A DNA stretch of 5,151 nucleotides, taken from NCBI GenBank assembly GCA_054661495.1, contig BAAFSQ010000501.1, positions 1 to 5,151 on the forward strand, read 5' to 3'. Positions 1 through 5,151 of the stretch are shown in pieces. The stretch's first letter is position 1. Each line of letters begins with the position of its first letter. The notes under the pieces are model-generated. The model worked only from the letters and a program-made list of their open reading frames with translations. It was not told the origin of the DNA and ran no database searches. Made by a program: the position numbers and the translations under genes. Source of the DNA: Zygophlyctis sp. KS116 (Eukaryota > Fungi > Chytridiomycota).

Positions 1-62
1 ACCAATGCATTATTAGAGTGTCCGAATAAAGTGATCCTGCAGACTAGGTCAAGGCTGTACCA

Positions 63-932
63 ATGTCGAAAGCTCTGTTAGAAGCCTATCGTAAAGGACA
101 AAATCATCCAGAAACCAATACTCCCCTTCTTCCAGATCCTCTTGAAGTATTATCGCACAGATCAGTCCTTGATGATTCATTGTCCGACATTGAAAGATTT
201 GATATTTATGAGCAAATGTTGGGCGCCGCCTTACAAATTAATGATTTGGATTTGGCAAAATATTTTCTAGACACTATCATTGGGAAATTTCCTAGTGAAA
301 CATCTTGCAGGGCATCAATGTTGACAGGGATGTATCATCAATGCAGACAAGATTGGAAATTAGCAATGGAATATTATGATAACGCTCTGGAAATAGATGA
401 ATGTTATGGTCTTGCTAGAAAGAAGAAAATAAGTTGCTTAATTGATCAAGATAAAATTAAAGAGGCAATTAAAGATTTGGTGGAATATGTGGATATTTAC
501 ATGCAAGATGTAGAAGCTTGGGCACAATTGGCAAAGCTATATACTTTAAATGGAAAGTTTTCTGAAGCTGCATTTTGTTATGAGGAGATCTTGATTCATA
601 GATCTCATCATCCTTTTTATCAAACTCGGTATGCTGATTTACAGGTGATGAATGGGGATTTAATGATGGCGATAAAGTATTATTGTTTCACTCTTAAGAA
701 TTGTGAGGATCATACAAGATCTCTGTATGGATTGTATTATGCAACAAAACTTTGTTTAGATAAAATTAAAAAAGGACAGGATTTGAAATCTCAGATTACT
801 CTTATTTCACAAGATATTTTGGAGGAATTACATGATTTAAGTAAGGAAAGAATCACTGCAGTTTATGGTGGAGAAGAAATAAGAGATCGGGGTTTAGAAG
901 GGGTAATCAAAAAATGGTTACAATCATGTTAA
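63..932 (+). CDS. EMC2: ER membrane protein complex subunit 2 (TTC35/EMC2-family TPR protein), 289 aa, apparently intronless
   Basis: Uninterrupted ATG..TAA ORF of typical EMC2 length. Collinear motifs match human EMC2 as recalled: IYEQMLGAAL (IYEQVMIAAL), KFP..S.R...LTGM (QFPGSHRVKRLTGM), ARKKKI (ARKRKI), EAIKDLVEYVDIYMQDVEAWAQLAKLY ([27 protein letters not shown]), AAFCYEE (AAFCLEE), RSLYGL (RALFGL). Confidence 0.93.
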   Translation: MSKALLEAYRKGQNHPETNTPLLPDPLEVLSHRSVLDDSLSDIERFDIYEQMLGAALQINDLDLAKYFLDTIIGKFPSETSCRASMLTGMYHQCRQDWKLAMEYYDNALEIDECYGLARKKKISCLIDQDKIKEAIKDLVEYVDIYMQDVEAWAQLAKLYTLNGKFSEAAFCYEEILIHRSHHPFYQTRYADLQVMNGDLMMAIKYYCFTLKNCEDHTRSLYGLYYATKLCLDKIKKGQDLKSQITLISQDILEELHDLSKERITAVYGGEEIRDRGLEGVIKKWLQSC

Positions 933-2293
933 GATTTAAATATACCAGAGTAGAGTTGTTTTTCTTTTTCTATATGAAAAACAAGTTTTTCTTGAATCAT
1001 TTTTTCTATTCTTGATAAATCTGCCCATTCAGATCTTTTACGACACTTATCTAGTTTATCAAGGATGGTTCTGAAAGAATTCATGTCATTAGTTGCAAAG
1101 TCTAAATCTCTTCCAATATGAATATACGCTTCAGATCTTCGAAAAAGGGCTTTTAGATTATATGGATCGCGATTTAGAATCTCTGAACATTGTATAATGA
1201 CTTTTTGGTATTCTCCCAGCCTTAATTGACATGCAGAAAAGTTTAATCTTAGAGAAATATCCAAAGTCTCCAATTCATCCATTGTAAAACTTAAGCCCTT
1301 TGAACTAATATTCGATCTAAATTCTTTTGCCTCTTGATCACGTTCATGCCCTGTTTTATTCTGAGTTTTAAGCCAATCTTGTCTTTGTTTCTCGTCATTT
1401 TGTAACTTCAAGTCTCTTTTCGCATCTGCAACTTCTGGGCTATTTGATAGGCTTTCAACCATGATAAGAGCTCTAGTATATTTCTCTAGAGCTTTTTTCA
1501 AATCTGACGTCTTGTATAACCCATTTCCTTCTGTTTTTAAAGTCACTGCTTCCTCAAATCTTTCAGGAACAGTCATTTCCCATGGCTCGAGAAGATATTC
1601 TCCCCTTTCCTGGACAGTAAGCAATTCAATTTCATATTCTAGAGGATATCCATCGATTTTCTGGAGATCGGTCAAAGAAGTCATAAATTCTGAGTTTGCA
1701 TGAGCAGAACAGATATGATCTGAAACCATGGGAAGTCCCTTTTCCAAATTAATTTTGTTTTGTTTCTCCTTTCTAAGGGACATTTCCAATTGAGCATATC
1801 CATTTGCGTATCTAAGAGTTAAGTTGTATTAAATTACTCGTTCTGGCATAGAAACCGTGATTTTTCCCCAACTTTCATTGATTTTACACAAAACTCCATT
1901 GCTTTAACTGAGAATGAATATCCAATTCTTAATTCAAAAGGATTTTCCGAATCATGTTGCCTCGAGTCTGCGATAAATTGACGGACAGGTTGAGAGACTT
2001 CCGGACTCTCGTTTACTTTACCGCCTAAAGGAATTAGCTAATGCATTATATATACCTTTTGCTTTTTCAATCATTTCCATAATGTTTTGAATCTTTTTCT
2101 TCTTTGAGCAGCAGGACTCATGTGAATTATCATGAGTATGATGGTTAATAACTGATGACGGGACGTATGCATGTACTGTGTAGTGAAACTTGGCATTCAT
2201 TCCTCTCTCCCATACTATTGCGGGTTTCTCGCTTGGCCGGATAACCATCTTGGTAATATCGCCATCTGCTAACAGCTCTCTATCGGAATTCAT
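929..2293 (-). CDS. AIP: AIP/AIPL1-like co-chaperone (N-terminal FKBP-like domain + C-terminal TPRs), 3 exons: 2293-2056, 2024-1838, 1811-929; 1308 nt, 435 aa
   Basis: Removing two GT-AG introns joins track ORFs 2018..2293 and 929..1789 through a middle exon missing from the track (GGKVNESPEVSQPVRQFIADSRQHDSENPFELRIGYSFSVKAMEFCVKSMKVGEKSRFLCQNE), which is the FKBP core (human AIP: DDSRARGKPMELIIGKKF...TMREGEIAQFLC). AIP-type hallmarks: AKFHY, HIC (HCC in AIP), PLEYEIELLTV..RGEY..EPWEMT (PLIFHMEMLKV..PGTY..DPWAMT), LKTEGNGLYK, LNFSACQL, CSEILN...NLKALFRR, and C-terminal YSGIFKS (FRGIFSH). TPR carboxylate-clamp residues K, N, N, K, R appear to be present. Confidence 0.88.
1812..1837 (-). other. 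Spliceosomal intron 2 of AIP-like gene, 26 nt, phase 2
   Basis: GA|GTAATTTAATACAACTTAACTCTTAG|A. It contains an in-frame TAA and a TTAAC branch motif. Removal gives RFLCQNEYANGYAQLEMSLR, collinear with AIP QFLCD....LYPLVAKSLR. Confidence 0.9.
2025..2055 (-). other. Spliceosomal intron 1 of AIP-like gene, 31 nt, phase 1
   Basis: AAAAG|GTATATATAATGCATTAGCTAATTCCTTTAG|GC. It has a CTAAT branch motif, and removal opens the frame encoding the FKBP core (DSR, PFELRIG, MKVGE). Confidence 0.9.
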
Positions 2294-2299
2294 TTTATT
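2294..2299 (-). promoter_or_regulatory. Candidate polyadenylation hexamer AATAAA for the 880-aa gene, directly abutting the AIP start codon
   Basis: Minus strand reads ...TAATAG TTTTAGTAGTAATACGCCGGA AATAAA ATG. It could equally be just an A-rich translation start context. Confidence 0.3.
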
Positions 2300-2323
2300 T
2301 CCGGCGTATTACTACTAAAACTA

Positions 2324-5046
2324 TTATGGTTTATGATCCTCCAACGTTTCATTGGTTGGTGCAAATATTCCAATTACATGAAGGCCCATCATAAGGTGGG
2401 CACGAAGCTCATATCCATATGATAAGCCAGCCGCTGTTGCTGTTTGCAAATTTCCAACGCTCCATCCCCACTTCTCTGGCGGTAAATTGGCAAATTGATT
2501 CAATGTATCTACTTCCCATGCACCAATGTTAACAGTACTTACCGCAACTCGCTTCCAATCGTGAGGATTTGTACGCCGAACAACTTCCTTGGCCAACAAA
2601 TGTGACGCAATAAATTGAGTACCAGATATTATATAATTTGCAGCGGAATATGCTTTATCTTTGAGATTATTAATAGCTAAACCAATCAATTTGAGTGAAA
2701 ATCCTATTTGCATGGCTCCCCACCATGCAAGCACTCTTTTGTCCGGATTGTTCAAATCATTCTCTATAGCTACTGGATCAGCAGTACTAAGCTGAGAATA
2801 TGGATAAATCCACATCATGATCGCCAACACTCCAAGTGATCTTATTACACTAAAGAAATAATTTATCTTTCCATATTTTGATTCGATTATTCCGGAAAGT
2901 TCTGCTGGAGAGGCTGCCTTTTCAGCATTTTGTAAGACAACAGTTCCAAGACCTGAAACAACCATTAGAGAACTCATATAAGCTCCAGACATTCTTAAGA
3001 TCCTGAAAAATTAAATAAAAAAGCTTACCAATCAAAAACAGCTTCACGGCGCTTAAGCTCATGAGGATCGCTCGTGTGGGTTAATTCATGATTATTCCAA
3101 GTATAAAGAAAGAGCTGTGGGAGCTTTACAGTCTCCAAAGCATGAATGTCATTCACTGAAAAAGGCTCTACTCCTCTATATAAACGATAAAAAAGATTTG
3201 CAGGAATAGCGCCAAGAAGACAGTATATCGAAAGTAATGACATTTCACCAGTTCCAGGAGCAATGAACTTTGACCAAAACGTTGAGATTACAGGTAGATA
3301 TATAGGAAGTTCCAGTAATGTAGTAGTAATTTGAATCATAACATTCATAAATCGCATCAGTCCCCTAATAATGTATGAGACCAAGCTCTGCAAAAACACC
3401 ATGATAGATTCCAATAATTTGACTGCTCTTGCAAATAATCTACCAATAAAGAAAGAATCATCATCAAATGTAAGAACAATTGTGCGCAGTTTTTCCTTAT
3501 GCTCATCTGGAAGGATTGTAAGCAGCTCTTGCCCCATTTCTCTTCCCAGCCTAAAAAGCTTGTTTATATTCTTTCTAAATGAAACATCATTTACCGGCTG
3601 CATATCATTCATACTAGCAATTATTCTATCTTGCAGATAGTTAACTCTAGCATCACCAGTAGAAGTGCTATTATCCAGTCCAATTGAAGATTTAGCATTT
3701 TGTAGTGCCTTTTGATTCTTTGAAGAAAACATTGAATTATTTACCCTTTTTGCTCCCAATTTTGAATAAGTATTGTCAAAAACTTGCTGACTTTTTTCAA
3801 AAATGTTTGTAAAGGCATCTTCAAATCGTTTTTGGGTAAAATTCATTCCAAAAGACTGAAAATCTGCATTAACTCGATGAAACTTGACCAAAAACCGAGT
3901 AGTTCGTGATATACTTTCCCAATTAAACTGACTTCTTAAATATCTAACCAGATCCTATATAATCAAAAAACCCAAAAAATACAGAAATGAAAATACCAAT
4001 TTTTCTTAAAACCAACTGAATTGTACGAAGAATAGACCTTGTTGTATCAATGACTGAATGATATATATTATCTAATCCTCTTTTCTGAAACATTACAACC
4101 ATTTTATTTGACTTTGGCTCTGATGTAACCGCCATATGATGAGTATCAATTTCACTTGTTATATCAGAAAAATTCATGCCTGTTTCAGAATTTAAAGCAT
4201 CCATTGCCTTCCAATAAAAACCCATAGTATTCTCTGAATGATAATTTTTATGTACTGTATCTCTTTTATCTACTTTTCCTCTAGATTGTGATAAACTACC
4301 ATATGATATCAAATACTGATACTCCAACGGCACAGAAACAAGACTAGAAATAGAATCAATCTGATCCCCTTTTACTACAAAAGATGGTAATCTATTTGTA
4401 ATAGTATTATACTTTGAATTCATTTCATAAAAATCCCTTGAATCCAAATTTGGTTTTGCACTTTTAGCAATTATACTCATCTTTGACACGAATCCCGCCA
4501 CAGAATGCGCCAACTTTGAATTTAAACTAGGATCAGCCTTTTTTAAAGTGTCAGCATCCAATTTTGAAAATCTATCCCAGTAATCATACGCCGGATGAAC
4601 CAGTAACCTAATCTATAAGAATCTAATAATTACCATTCATCTGATTCCATGATTTCCGATTGAACTAATAATTCAGACAAATCTAAATTCTGTTCAAACC
4701 CATGATTACTTTCTAAAGGAACCAGAAAACTAAATCTACCAGCATCATTCAAATAGAATTGATTCTTGTCCTGTTTTTTCCATTCTACCATTTCTTCTCC
4801 TTTAGAATTTGGAATCAAAACCTTTAAATCTTGATTTGCAATAATTGTAATTGATGCAGACGAATTCAGCGGTCTAATGATACCATCTATTTTCTCTCCT
4901 GCATTGATAACAATCATGTGCACAGTTTTTGACTCTGAATCCCATCCTTGAACAAACCTAGACTGCACATCTAAATGCCATCCACTTGCCAATACACTTT
5001 TGCATAGTAAAAAGCCTCCGATCCAAATACTGAAAATCCAGACCAT
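2324..5046 (-). CDS. Uncharacterised secreted/membrane-associated protein, 4 exons: 5046-4634, 4607-3983, 3954-3029, 3002-2324; 2643 nt, 880 aa
   Basis: Four consecutive minus-strand ORFs join in frame when GTA...YAG segments of 26, 28 and 26 nt are removed. Junctions read ESDEW|LLVHPAYDYWDRFSKLDADTL, KIGIFIS|DLVRYLRSQFNWESISRTTRFL and REAVFDW|ILRMSGAY. It has an N-terminal signal-peptide-like segment and several hydrophobic or amphipathic helices in the C-terminal half, and ends in tandem stops TAA TAG. Confidence 0.8.
3003..3028 (-). other. Spliceosomal intron 3 of the 880-aa gene, 26 nt, phase 2
   Basis: TG|GTAAGCTTTTTTATTTAATTTTTCAG|G. Strong GTAAG donor, U-rich body and CAG acceptor; joins the two flanking ORFs in frame. 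Confidence 0.9.
3955..3982 (-). other. Spliceosomal intron 2 of the 880-aa gene, 28 nt, phase 0
   Basis: TCT|GTATTTTTTGGGTTTTTTGATTATATAG|GAT. The downstream reading frame opens exactly after this TAG. The alternative donor at 3996 would run into a stop. Confidence 0.8.
4608..4633 (-). other. Spliceosomal intron 1 of the 880-aa gene, 26 nt, phase 2
   Basis: TG|GTAATTATTAGATTCTTATAGATTAG|G. It contains an in-frame TAA. The AG at 4608 restores the frame, whereas the AG at 4613 would create TGA. Confidence 0.85.
4987..5046 (-). other. Predicted N-terminal signal peptide (about 20 aa) of the 880-aa protein
   Basis: MVWIFSIWIGGFLLCKSVLA|S has a hydrophobic core followed by V-x-A, fitting the (-3,-1) cleavage rule. 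Judged by eye. Confidence 0.65.
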
Positions 5047-5132
5047 CCAATAAAAATTAGGTTTTTCAAATTCTATCGCTAGAAATCTTTAAAACAGAGG
5101 AAAATTTGAACACAAGATCTGCACCGTCACAG

Positions 5133-5151
5133 ATGGCAAATGGCAAATGGC
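5133..5151 (+). repeat. 7-nt tandem repeat (ATGGCAA) x2.7, truncated by the window end
   Basis: ATGGCAA 5133-5139, ATGGCAA 5140-5146, ATGGC 5147-5151; perfect copies. Confidence 0.6.

Noticed and set aside
1-81. Open + frame 1 from the window start to TAG at 79-81 overlapping the EMC2 start, plus AATAAA at 25-30
   Set aside because: Too short to distinguish from chance; upstream sequence is needed to tell whether a neighbouring gene ends here.
629-644. 16-nt intron-like string GTATGCTGATTTACAG inside EMC2
   Set aside because: It encodes RYADLQ, matching a conserved EMC2 helix, and removal would frameshift the conserved C-terminal part.
1461-1703. 80-aa + strand ORF
   Set aside because: Antisense shadow of the AIP coding exon; Ser-rich with no recognisable motif.
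3371-3640. 89-aa + strand ORF
   Set aside because: Antisense shadow of exon 3 of the 880-aa gene; no recognisable motif.
3718-3744. Possible hidden in-frame 27-nt intron on - (GTAAATAATTCAATGTTTTCTTCAAAG)
   Set aside because: It has an AAG acceptor rather than YAG, no branch motif at the spacing seen in the other five introns, and the frame is open without it. It cannot be fully excluded without cDNA.
2300-4595. 10-bp inverted match TCCGGCGTAT (2300-2309) / ATACGCCGGA (4586-4595) as transposon-like ends
   Set aside because: 10-bp matches are expected by chance in 5 kb. One copy is inside an exon, and there is no transposase or target-site duplication.
1835-4632. TAA/TAG reassignment (ciliate-type code) as the explanation for internal stops
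   Set aside because: Each internal stop coincides with a frame change, which read-through cannot fix. Long exons contain no TAA/TAG, and all three genes end in TAA.
929-5046. Six minus-strand ORFs read as a prokaryotic operon or as frameshifted pseudogenes
   Set aside because: Every break is explained by a GTA...YAG intron of similar size that restores the frame. Several track starts are TTG artefacts, and the recognisable genes are eukaryote-specific.

Overview
AT-rich eukaryotic nuclear DNA in the standard genetic code, not prokaryotic. The nine ORFs in the track reduce to three genes once five very short GT-AG introns (26, 26, 26, 28 and 31 nt) are removed. (1) An apparently intronless EMC2 (ER membrane protein complex subunit 2, TPR) on +, 63..932. 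(2) A 3-exon AIP/AIPL1-like FKBP+TPR Hsp90 co-chaperone on -, join(2293-2056, 2024-1838, 1811-929), 435 aa. (3) A 4-exon uncharacterised protein on -, join(5046-4634, 4607-3983, 3954-3029, 3002-2324), 880 aa, with a signal peptide and a hydrophobic helical C-terminal half. Packing is extreme for a eukaryote: EMC2 and AIP overlap at their stop codons (TTAA, 929-932), only 30 nt separate genes 3 and 2, and about 97% of 63..5046 is coding. Gene content and intron style suggest an early-diverging fungus or related microbial opisthokont (chytrid- or Rozella-like), but that is inference. Gene models and homologies were derived by eye, with no database searches.
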